DNA from: Phoronis australis | Lineage: Eukaryota > Animalia > Phoronida | DNA: 64,000 nucleotides | NCBI GenBank assembly: GCA_002633005.1 | Contig: NMRA01000556.1 | Span: 215,448 to 279,447 of the forward strand | Direction: 5' to 3' | Part shown: positions 52,778 to 64,000 of the stretch, in pieces | How the letters are laid out: every line of letters starts with the position of its first letter | Position numbering within the stretch: position 1 is the stretch's first letter | Program-made: the position numbers and the translations under genes | The notes under the pieces: model-generated | The model's input: only the letters and a program-made list of their open reading frames with translations | Databases searched by the model: none | Told to the model about the DNA's origin: nothing

Positions 52778-53735
52778 CAGTGGCGGTTCTAGGATATCAC
52801 AGGGGGGGGGCAACATTTTGTCTCTAAACATTCGCTCAAAGTACGATTGTAGATGCGCATAGCACCGAATAGGGGGAGGTCGGGAGGGCGGTTTGCCCCC
52901 CTCCCGCCCAGGAAATGTTTCTGTTTTTTCCTCTAAATATCAAGCATTTTCCTTTATTCCCGAAGTATTATCCAAGAAAAAAAGGCAAAAAAGAAGGCGC
53001 CAACCAGGAAAATCTGCAAGTACCACAGACTCGAACTCACTACCTAGCGGAGAGAGCGCCTGCTTCTGCACCACCACGATTTAACTCCTAATGTGACACT
53101 AAGAAACTGACTTGTTTATGGTCCACAGCGATTGCTCGTGAAACCTCCTTCTTTTTGTAATGCTTATTACATGTTTTATATTTTGTGCAATCAGTTCGTA
53201 ACAAATTTGTTGTATTTAAAATAGTCTTCACTTGCCCAAAAGAGCAAATCCGCGTTTTGTGTTGGCAATAATGACGTGATTGCTTTGGAAATCGCCTTAA
53301 GTTAAGATTTGACAAAGAGAAAATTATGAGTTTCTGAGTGATTCACTAAAGCTTTGATTAAAATTGACATCTTACCAGCAGCTTCCGTTTTTTTCACCAT
53401 CACTCAGATTTCATTTTCTTTCAAAAATGAAGTAATTTTCTTCATTGCGCAGTGAAGCAGACGACTGAAACGGAGTCGTAATGCCCAGCGCCACTGCCGG
53501 TCGCCTGAGATATCGCGGGAGAGCATACTTAGCCATAGTTCCGTTACGATTGCGCCGTGTTCCGAATTTGACACTTGAAATTGGATCTGAGTTCCCCCAC
53601 CCGTTTCAGCCGAACAATTTTAATTACCGGAGTTAATTAATAAACTCAACATTTCCTTACGCGCTTGCTGTTTTATTTTTTTACGGCAGCCAAGGGGGGG
53701 GNNNNGCCCCCCGGGCCCCCCTAAATCTGCCTATG
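52778..53735. mobile_element. Non-autonomous TIR element with a 5-bp TSD
   Basis: CAGTGGCGGTTCTAG ... CTAAATCTGCCTATG, G/C runs inside both ends, TTGTT directly flanking both sides. Confidence 0.65.
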
Positions 53736-53949
53736 TTGTTTTGGTCAATTTGACAAGTTTGCGTTCCTAAATAACCATAGCTTCATGGATCAAATGAAAC
53801 TCATCGATTGCTTGAACAGAAACATTCATTGACACAAAATTGATTCATTGGAGTTTGAGGTTTGCGACTTAGTCTTGACTAAATTAGCGCAGCGTGAGAC
53901 TTTAATTACATGTAATTCAGACACGTGACCTGTATGTAAATACTTATGC

Positions 53950-54210
53950 GGGATTAAGGCGGAGTCCCAGTGGAACACAACTTGTTGGTTATCAATAGGG
54001 CCATCCCGGAACTCTCCATCGACCCGGAGATAAGAAAGTACGTGATCTCATTTTGGAAATCAGGCACATTTTCGTGTTTCTCATTGATGCCGGGAAGGCG
54101 AAGCTGGAATTTCAGATCACGCATCCACGGGTACTTGTCCAGTTTATCAAAAAGTTCACGTCGGAGTTGCAGCCCACAGCACAGCAGCAAAAAATGTGCT
54201 TCGTTGGCAT
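53950..54210 (-). pseudogene. Frameshifted THAP zinc-finger stub, a transposase relic
   Basis: MPTKHIFCCCAVGCNSD, a frameshift into KLDKYPWMRDLKF, then FAFP; downstream sequence is degraded. Confidence 0.55.
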
Positions 54211-54811
54211 TGGAAGGACGAGTAGAATATTGTAACCAAAAATCTTGTAAAGAATCAGAAAACAACAACGGTCCCTCATTGCCAACTTCCATGGTTTCGG
54301 TGCCCAACGAAACAAAATATAAAGCCTGTGCTACTCATAATATAATCACTCAATTAGCAAGTCCGTTTGCAGTAATCACCGGCCGGCAATTCTGAAACTT
54401 CGACAACAATGAGTCACGTCACCCCATTATCCCTGCATGCACTGCAAGGTGGCAGGGAACGGCAAAGATTAAATGTGAGGTAACCGTGTGTACACGTTTT
54501 AGTGAAAACGACGCTATAATGTTGTTTTTCTATAATAATGGGTCATTATTGGCGAAAATCTAAGGTTTCTGAAATTAAACTTAGCACAGAATCAATATTG
54601 AAGCTGTGCTGTTGCAGGCTAACGCTCTACTGGTAGAGACGCTCTACTGGTAGAGCGTGTAACAGGTAAAGAGGCCGGTAAATGCCTGTCTGACAACGCT
54701 GATAATTGGCTAACCGAATAACTTCGATAGGTTATCCCATCCAACTATAACCCTAATGACACTTTAAAGTGACATAATTGAATCGGACATTTTAACCAGC
54801 ACTGCCTTTGG

Positions 54812-55338
54812 ACTGACCACACAATATATATTCTACACCTAGCAGGAGTGTACTGGTCACACAGCATATATTCTACACCTAGCAGGAGTGTACTTGCCAT
54901 ACAGTATATATTCTACACCTAGCAGGAGTGTACTGGCCATACAGTATATATTCTACACCTTGCAGGAGTGTGCTGACCACACAGTATATATATTCTATAC
55001 CTAGCAGGAGTGTAGTGGTCACACAGTACATATTCTACACCTAGCAGGAGTGTACTGGCCATACAGTATATCTACACCTAGCAGGAGTGCACTGGCCACA
55101 CAGTATATATTCTACACCTAGCAGGAGTGTACTGGCCATACAGTAGGCCTATATATGCTACACCTAGCAGGAGTGTACTGGCCATACAGTATATATTCTA
55201 CACCTTGCAGGAGTGTGCTGACCACACAGTACATATTCTACACCTAGCAGGAGTGTACTGGCCATACAGTATATATTCTACACCTTGCAGGAGTGTACTG
55301 GCCACACAGTATATATTCTACACCTAGCAGGAGTGTAG
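54812..55338. repeat. 40-bp minisatellite, about 13 copies
   Basis: Unit TACTGGCCATACAGTATATATTCTACACCTAGCAGGAGTG; TTCTACACCT recurs at 54831, 54871, 54911, 54951 and onward. Confidence 0.97.
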
Positions 55339-55560
55339 AGCCGTCCACTATATTTCAAGTACATTCAGTTACAGTAGGGTTAGTACGCCCAATGATGTGC
55401 TTCCTAACTCTGGAAATATAGAGTCTTCCCTTCAGCGCAATGAGTAGCAGGGTCAACGCCTTGGGGAGACATAAATGTGCCATCCCTTACCGTTTGGATA
55501 TACATGTACACTGTGCCGCTTATAATATACGAGAACGACTTCCTCGAACAAGCGATAAAC

Positions 55561-56143
55561 ATGAAGCGCCGAAGAGTTCTGAAACGAGTTCCTTTCTGCG
55601 CGTATAAATGTGCTTGATACACGCGCACTTTTAATCAGTTCGTAAAATTCAATCACGCCCGTGCTCTCAAGTCACAAAATATGAGAAGACTTTCGACATG
55701 TGTTCAAGGTATGAAGCGCCAAAGGGTTCCTCAATCAGTACATTTCTGCGCGTAGAAATGTGCTTAATCTACGCGTACTTTTTATTTAATCTACGCGAAC
55801 ATTCGGTTGATCCAGGCGTAGTTTTATTTCTTAAAGGATCATGGTTCTGTTATTAATCAGCAAAGTTAATGGCGCTATCATCCACCTAACAAGAATATGC
55901 AACATTCTTCAAAATTTGCCTTTCTATGAAGCGCCAAAGGATTCTTTAACAAGGACATTCCTTTGCGTAGAAATGTGCTTAATCTACAAGTACTCAATTG
56001 CTTAACCTACGCGTACGTTTAGTTCTTAAAAGAGCGGAACGATGAAAGAACTAAAAGTACGTGTACGTTCAGCAAGAATGTGAGTAGATTAAGCACATTT
56101 GTACGCGCAGAACGGTACTCGTTTAAGAACCATTTGCATGCCT
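55561..56143. repeat. 70-bp motif: three spaced direct copies and one inverted copy
   Basis: ATGAAGCGCCRAAG..TTCTGCGCGTAGAAATGTGCTTAATCTAC at 55561, 55711 and 55926; reverse complement at about 56082-56143. Confidence 0.8.
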
Positions 56144-56173
56144 TGAAATTGTGTAATTTCACGAAAACCGGTT

Positions 56174-57873
56174 TTATTATGCGCCCACATATAAATATTT
56201 ATATGTGGGCGCATTATGCCGTCTTCTCCGTCTGTCCGTTCGGCGTCCGTCCGGCGTCCGTCCGTCCGGCGCCCGGAGTCCGGCGTCCGCTGCTCTATCT
56301 TCAAAGCGCCTTAACGTATGTTCATGAAATTTTGCACATCTGTTCCTTCGGACGGATTCGACTACCGGAGTGCCCCCTAGTGGCAATTTTAGTTTTTTAC
56401 GTTTGCCTCTGTATCTCCAAAAGTCCAGAACGGATTTTCATAAAATTTGGTATATAGGCACCTATTAAGGAGATGACGCTATCCTTAAGTTTTCAGATGG
56501 ATTTGACGTGGTCTGCGCCACCTATTGGCCGTTTTTACTGTTTTCGAGTTTTGTTTTTTTTTGCGTCCACCCCTCTATCAACCAAACTGCTCAAAGGATG
56601 ATTGTGAAAATTGGCATGTATGCTTTATAAAGTGGACGGCTGACGACGACTTTCCGACGACTTCGACTAATGTGGCGCCTCCTAGTGGCAGTTTTGTTTT
56701 TTTTCGCCTATGGCTTTATCTCCTTAACTGTTCGCAGAATCTTTACTAAATTTACTTAGTGTATTTATATGATGTTAACAACCGAGGACGACGACTTTCA
56801 GACGGATCTAACTACTAGCGATAATTTTATTTGTTTGTCCTCTGTATGTTCAAAAGTCCTCAACGTATTGTCATAAAATTTGGCATACATGCATCTTTTA
56901 GTGAGGTGTTGCTAGCTCTCCGTTTTCATATGGATTCGACCTAGTTTGCGCCACCTAATGGCCATTTTTACTGTTTTCGTCCACTGGTCTGTCAACCAAG
57001 CGGCTTTCAGAGTAATTGTGAAAATATGCATGTATGGTTTACTATGAAGTGGACAGCTGACGATGATTTTCCAACGAGGTCGGCTACTGTGGCGCCTCCT
57101 AGTGGCAGTTTTGTTGTTTTTGCGCTCATGGCTGTATCTCTTAACCGTTAGCAGGATCTTTACTTAATTTAGCTAGAGTGGTTATATGATGTTGTCAATG
57201 GACGACGACGACGACTTCGGACTCATCTGACTTCTGGTGTGCCCCCTAGTGGCAATTTTAATTTTTTACGTTTACCAGTCTGTGTCTTTAAAGGTCCTCA
57301 ACAGATTTTCATAAAATTTTGAATATAGGCATCTATTGGTGAGATGACGCTATCATCCTGTTTTTGGATGGAATCGAGGTATTTTACGCCACCTGGAGGC
57401 CACTTTTGCTGTATTCAAATCTTGTTTTTGGCGTCCACCCCTCGATCAACCAAATCATTCTAGGGATGGTGTACATGTTTTCAGTGTGAAGAGGACGTTT
57501 GATGATGGTAACTGTCTACTGTGGCGCCTCCTAGTGGTATTTTTGTTTTGTTTTGCGCCCAGAGCTGTATCTTCAAAACCCACTGCAGAATTTTTCTTAA
57601 ATTTAGTAAGTGCATGAATTTATATGAAGACGACGACTTTCAAACGAATGGAACGGACGCTGTGCCCACAAGTGGCAATTTCATTTTGTTCTGTTTTTCT
57701 TTGTTTCTCTGAAGTTCCTTGACAGATTTTTATGAAATATGACATGTTCCCGTTTTTGGATGGATTGTACGTTTTTGCGCCATCTAGTGGCCATTTTTAT
57801 GATACAAATAACCCTAAAATCACACCATTCATACATTCGAGGGCGCATTTCAACGCTCCGCGTTGCTCTTGTT
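56174..57873 (+). mobile_element. Helentron-associated non-autonomous element (HINE, DINE-1/pearl type) with internal tandem repeats
   Basis: 5' subTIR and inverted repeat ATGCGCCCACATATAAAT/ATTTATATGTGGGCGCAT, (GTCC)n microsatellite, tandem subunits of about 145 bp in a trimer of about 430 bp, 3' subTIR GGGCGCAT, hairpin CAACGC-TCC-GCGTTG, end CTCTTGTT, T-run insertion site. Confidence 0.85.
56370..57792 (-). promoter_or_regulatory. Array of ten CTCF-like motifs in one orientation
   Basis: Variants of G(C/T)GCC(A/C/T)CCTAGTGG at 56370, 56515, 56675, 56948, 57092, 57239, 57386, 57524, 57662 and 57777. The reverse complement CCACTAG(G/A)NGGC(G/A)C matches the CTCF core. Binding is not shown. 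Confidence 0.55.
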
Positions 57874-60873
57874 TAAGCAATGCACCTCACAACTCAATTG
57901 AAAAATTAATATTGGAATACGTAATAAAGGCAAGATGACGAAAACGCCACACGTTAAAACAAGAATTAATCGTCCGTTCTGTGGATCTCGGCGAGTGATC
58001 TGTTTATGACCGGGAAAGTCAAATTGTCATTTATCTTCATCTAAGTTTCGCGAACTTGGTCTCAACATCTTTCTTAGTCAAAATTGGTGAGCTTCCAGTG
58101 CCGCGAAGAACAAAATCACTTCTCATCTAAGCAAGGAAGAAGTTTATGTCATTTTATATCGGTTAGTGGTATAAATCAAAACTTAGCTTCTTCGACGGAA
58201 CGGGGATTATCAGCGTGGTCTGGTAATGAGCAGACTCCGAAGTTTTGCTGTGGCTGTAGACGCCATATAGCGACAAGCACGTGGTCAACTTAATACATGA
58301 TTCAGCTCACCATGATCTTCGCTTATAGCCAGAAACGTTACTAAAGCAGAAAACCCAACGGGACAAATGTTGACCACCCATTCGAACAGTCCCTTATTGT
58401 AGTTGGCCTTGATACTCAGGTTTGTCTGTCAATATTAGGAATGCTAGAGTGTCACATCACCAGAATTGTAACGACCCGACATTACTTTTGTCCCTTCCTC
58501 TGATGTGTCATAAGCGTTTAATGGTGGTCTTCACGTTACCTCAGCTACATGTACATGTATCAATTACCAGCAGAGTTAGCACGGTGTGTCCATTTCAGAG
58601 TAACCTGCCTTCGACAGGACGCTTAAAATAACGATTATTTAACTGGGTTAAAAATGAATGGGTTTGAATTATTACTTAAAACGATTTATGCATTTAAATA
58701 ACATAAACGTATATATGACGATTTTGTCAGTTTTACGAAGGGAAAACCCATATAGTGAATATTGTTGAAGCGTTTAACCTTGAACAGGACCGTATACAAC
58801 TACATTAAAGGTTTTAACTAACATATTCTCTTCTGTAAGTGACCTTTGTCACTGTTCGGTTGTAGCTTGAATAGAGATACATCTACACAAACAGATCTTG
58901 TTCTTATCTAAGTATCCTTCGTATTTTTGAGGATTTTAATACGAAAAGCCAATTCTTACCGGTACCAGCCAGACATTCGTTTAAATCAAGTCCCGCAACA
59001 TAGCCGGTTAAAAACGCATAACAAACCCTGGCATTTATCGAGTGCGTATTAGCTCCGACAACAATTAGCCGTTGGATCAATTCCGTGCTGAGACTGATCT
59101 TAGAAAATCACTTTTCGCGCTGGTAATGTCTCTTTAATTTTGCCATCCATCTAAAAACATAATTAATAACTTCTCGGGCCAAAACCGGTTATCAGGAAAA
59201 CCGTGTTTTGAATAAATGAACCTTTTGATTCAGGTGTCGAGTTGTTGGCATAGATGGGAAAGCATATTGGAGATTTTCGTTTTGAAGCTGATCAACATTA
59301 TCTTTGGATAATTACGAAGCTGCTCCCAAAGCGCTTCCGAGTAACTGGAAGGTGTCGTATAGTTTGCACTTGCATTAAATTTACGCAAAATCAACTTCTA
59401 TATTATCGGATGTAAATTGGTTTTCCTACAGGGCAACACATATCTCTTTAATCCACCATGGTATCTTCTGAGCACGTGGTTGTTGCTCGATATATCACAG
59501 AGTTATAACTTTTAATGGTTACCATATGCTGGTAACTTATGTCCTGGATCTGACGTCGTCCAACGTGTTGTCACTGTTGCTGCTTGCAAAACCATTACTA
59601 AAGTATTATGGCTAAGGTCCTTTAACATACGTAACGAAAGAAGGTGTGCCTACACACAATTACGTTAATGATGTAAAAGTTGGGAGCCAAATCTTGTTTT
59701 TTTTTCGTACTTTATATCCGTTTTATATTCTATGCGAGAAACTTGGTGAACTATGTGCGATAGTCCAAGGAATGCAAGCACCGGTTTTGTTTACAAACTT
59801 GTTAAGATTGTTTGGTTTAGTAGTAGAACTGTTTGAAGAATAAGACCACAGTATTCGTGGCGTGTGTTGTTAACTAGTTAACGAGCTAATTTGGTTGAAT
59901 AAATTTTAATTCATGGTTCTTATGCAAAATATATTTGGTCGGATAGCTTCACAGACACTCGCTAATATTCTCAGTAAATTTTCGTATAATTAAGAGTACA
60001 GTTATAGGGTACATGCACACTTAAATTGCCAAGACCTAGATTGTCTGTACTTCGTGTTAGGTACATACATATTATTGTTATGAAGGTGGTCAGTACATAG
60101 TAGATAACAAAATTATCCCGCAGGTAACACAACTACATTGAACATGTAGAGCAAAACTACCCGAGTTAGTTTCAGTCTATTTTATGTTCACGATATGAAG
60201 ACGAAAACATTCAATACAATATCGTCAGTTTATTCATGCACGCATAAAGTAAAAATATTAACACATATCGGTTTGACGTAAAACTTTCTTTATTTTGGCA
60301 AGGTTCATTTTCATCGCGACTTTACTCATATTACTGCAATTTAACGAGACATTGTGTGACTTTGTTCTTGGTAACAAACCCTAAGTAACACGGTATGAAG
60401 GACAGTTTCAAAAAGCTATCTTCGCTATATGAAAATACGCGCGGACGAATAAATGCTTGCTGGTGAGACACACATTAAAAAGACAAGTTTAGGCTCAACA
60501 TTTTCTGAAAATACGCATCCGCTGTTTTTGAAAACACGGCCAGGTGTATATTCGGTTTCATTTAACGCCTTTGAACGGTCGCTTTCCGAACATGCGTCAA
60601 CGAACCTATTTCCGGAAATTCCCGGTATTACACGTATTTCCTCATTCACCCATTTACCAATTGATTTATTTATTAATTTATTAATTTCTGAATGATCCCG
60701 TCTATTGAATTAATAATTTTTCAGTTATTCATTCAATGATTCACCAATCAAAATACTCCAGACCTTTTTGATTTACACACGTGGCTATCGGTGACCAGTG
60801 CACTTTGCTTACAAACATTATAAAAACGTCAAATCCGTATGATTCATCCATTTTTATAACTCAAAATCTGTTT

Positions 60874-61206
60874 ATGTTTAAACACTCTAATGGTTGGGAC
60901 CGTGATGATCACAAACGATCCTGTCATATATATGACCTGCCAGACCCTCTACGCCAACAGTTGACGGAAAGAACGCTACAACGACATTTTCTTAGTCAAG
61001 AAACAAGTTCAAATTTGAGATTATTTAGAGAACTATTTTTGTCCATCTCTGATAACGAGCATCAAACTGGTTCCCAAAATGTGAGCACGTTACATCGGCT
61101 CATCTATGAGTTGGAAAACAAAAATAACGATGACGTCAGAATGTTGCTGGAAAGCAAGCAAGTAAACTTCATAGAACACGGAAAATCCGTTCACCATGTT
61201 AAATAG
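60874..61206 (+). CDS. Possible short or degenerate Death-domain-like ORF, 110 aa
   Basis: IYDLPDPLRQQL resembles helix 1 of Pelle/IRAK Death domains and TLHRLIYELENKNNDDVRMLL resembles helices 5-6. The conserved W of helix 2 is absent. Confidence 0.3.
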   Translation: MFKHSNGWDRDDHKRSCHIYDLPDPLRQQLTERTLQRHFLSQETSSNLRLFRELFLSISDNEHQTGSQNVSTLHRLIYELENKNNDDVRMLLESKQVNFIEHGKSVHHVK

Positions 61207-64000
61207 TGGTTCAACAAAGAGCCGGTGTAGCATTTTGTGTTGGCCCCCAGAAAAAAAAAACTGATCCCTGGTCCTGTTTAACGAGTCTAAAAATAATGTG
61301 AACACATTGGAAAATTGCCCCGAGGTGCATTTCTCCGCGAAATAACGACGTTCCTTGCGTAGAAATGCGACCCTTTTAATGTTTTATCTTTTTACATTTC
61401 TAACGGGAGAACGGCTGTTGTGAGGAGAGTCGCCTTTAGGGGTGACGTGTGAAGACTGAGGTGCATCACTGGGGATATGTTGATGTGTAAGATTATTGTC
61501 GGTTATTGTCTCGGGGGGATTTGGAATGTTTCCGAGTTGCAACCGGGAGTGTAAGGAGTAAGTGACCCCCCTATCAAGTATAAACAGGTACCTGGTAATC
61601 GCACTCTTTTTTAGTCATGTCAGTCAAATATGTGCTGTACTTCTTCGTGCACTGTCTACCAGACTACCATGGATTTTGAATCGTAGGTTCGTCAACATAC
61701 AGTAGTCTAGCTATTAACCGCTTAGAGCAATCATAACGCCACTTGCTGTCTATTACGGCGGTAGACAGACCCCCAATTTCCAGTATGTCACGACCTTTTG
61801 ATATGTATTAATGATAATGAGCAAGTAAACTCCCAACCCCTCACCGGTAGTCAGTCACGTGGTCTAAAAATGTAAGCTTCTCTCTTCTGCGAAATTTACA
61901 AAAGCACTAATGAAGTTCGGATGGTGTTTTTGTGTTGAAAGCGTAAGTAATTCGTGTTACACAATTTTTTAGTTCGAAGCCGCGTTTTTTGGTCGAGTTC
62001 ATAAAGGGGTTCGGATCATTTATCTGTGCCTATCATTTTCACGGTGTTTCGCATTTATTGCAAAAATGATACTTCAACTGATGGGGCTAGCCTCATTGTA
62101 AATATTACAAAAATGAATAAATAACAAACTCTTTAGTAGACTGTGTTTATTTAAAAATGAGCCGAATCGAAAGAGTATGGTTTAGGAATAATTTGTGACA
62201 GATTACTTTGCGTGAAATTTCGTTTTCTGGTGTTTAGAAACAGAGACAAGAGACCGAAAACCATCACGCCGTGACCGTTAAACGCGGTTAACATTTAGAG
62301 TCAACGATATGGAAGAGAACATTTAAGCGCCGGCAGCGTTTTTCTCTGAAAATTCAGTTTGATGCTAACATTTCAGAATCTGCATTAACCATACAGTACG
62401 AAAGTTGCTCCCGGCTTCAAAATCACCTTGATAACATTGAGTTCTGAGTAGAATCATTTGGATGAAAATACATTGGCTTCGTGAGAACAATTTCAAAAAC
62501 GGAGCTAAGTGTACAAGACGTTATACGCGAACAATGGCACGAACAAGGCAAGTAATTAAACGAGTAATTATAATACGATTCATAATCCAAATGTCTGGTA
62601 TAACTATATCGTTTATAGCACATTAAGCTTCCTCAAGATCATTCTGAGTGATAGCATAAACATTAACGAACCAGTTATAACTAGTGACTGGCATGAACTG
62701 TGATCGCACTTATTAAACTACAATAACTTAGAAGCTACGGTATTAGCTGTTCACGTTATCGCCGAAACCTTGCACAGTAGATGTGCTGCAGTTAATTCAG
62801 TCGTGGATCGATACCACGGATACACAATGTACACCCACTCTCTAGGTTAGGGTACATTTGTATGTACTAAGCACGGCGTGATCTGTCTACTTTGTTTTCG
62901 CCGGTGAGATTATCCTGTTTTGAATGTCATTGTCAAAATATCGCTCTGTCGTGGTGTTGTTCTGAATAAGTGATCTTATGTTTCAGTGGCGAGAAATTGT
63001 CCGAGCCAAATATAATTGGGTTCGTCTCACTGTAATCAACAATTTAGATAGTTGTAGTGGACTTCAAAGTTGACGAAACTTCCAAAATGATGTGTCACCG
63101 GGAAGCCGGCAATTTGAATTTGTTTTAGAAGCGAGTTCCGTAATTCTTTACCTTAAATATGTGAAATAAAACTCAAAGTTTCACCTTAACCACGGTAGAG
63201 AAATATCGTTTCCAATTAAAACCACTAAAATTTGTCTTCAGTCAAATCAATATTTCCGAACTATTTATTAGAAAGCATAAATGATTAGTGAAAAATAAAC
63301 TTGTTGACTTATATGAATAAGAAGCTATGTTGACCAGTAAAATTCACCAGTCGTTTAAATTTCTAATTACATGGTAAAAAGATAAAAGATACCTTGCCCG
63401 CCATTACGAGATCTTGCCATGGAGTTATATTTACGGAACAGTCAGGTTGTCTAGTTTTTGACCACGTTTAGAAATTTCACCATGTAGTGTGTGTTAACTT
63501 GAGTTGTGTCACGAAGTTAACACATACTACATGTACAGAACTCTATGTGACATTTGATGACATTTTTCTTCTCACGAGGCTTGCATTTATTCATTCAAGT
63601 TGTCCGTATCAAAAGGATCATCAAAGGGCTGCTTTAATGTTACCAAAAATCTGCTTCTGGTGAATAAAGCTAGCTCTTTATTTAGACCGCATGTGGCTTT
63701 GAAAGTGCTTTTAATTCGTTCTTTACTAAGATTGGGCGATATTGGTGTTCTCCGAGAGAATTGACAGTTATTTTTCCGGATCATGTTCGGTGCGTGTAAC
63801 GACTACAAGTGTTAAGCTAAGTGCCTGTCGCCGTTGGTTTTTGGCTGAGACCGGAGTATTGTTTGAAGCAATTACGAGCTGCCATTTAATGCAAGTCCAA
63901 AATTAATTTCATTTTTTTTCAAAGGAAAAAGCTGAACTCACTTTTAAAACAGCAGGTCGTCTAAATCAAAAAGCATGGTATTCTCACAGAAAATGGGTCT

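Noticed and set aside
53970-54395. 141-aa + strand ORF
   Set aside because: Antisense shadow of the THAP relic with no recognisable motif.
54812-55338. CRISPR-like regular array
   Set aside because: Units are contiguous and near-identical, with no unique spacers and no cas genes, in eukaryotic context. It is a minisatellite.
56080-56457. Arg/Pro-rich ORFs
   Set aside because: They arise from the (GTCC)n microsatellite of the HINE.

Overview
AT-rich, intron-containing animal DNA, probably from a marine invertebrate (inferred from gene content and repeat types; the species cannot be determined). Two spliced genes face each other tail-to-tail and were reconstructed by hand from GT-AG sites with consistent phases. 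(1) On +, a 4-exon secreted protein of 216 aa (937-6411) with signal peptide, coiled coil and a CTHRC1-type C-terminal domain but no collagen repeat. An orphan secreted 99-aa ORF lies just upstream (347-646). (2) On -, an 11-exon type I membrane protein of about 783 aa (38887-11390): signal, 4 PAN/Apple, 2 CUB, Ser/Thr stalk, TM, tail. It appears to have two alternative last exons, one giving an FxNPxY tail and one giving a -NYYV PDZ-ligand tail (8645-8720). The rest is intronic or intergenic and holds transposon relics (ISL2EU/Harbinger-like with SAP and THAP stubs, a second THAP stub, MITEs), minisatellites, and a Helentron-type non-autonomous element (56174-57873). The internal repeats of that element carry ten co-oriented CTCF-like motifs at about 145-bp spacing. 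No rRNA, intact tRNA or CRISPR array was seen. Most ORFs in the supplied track are spurious.
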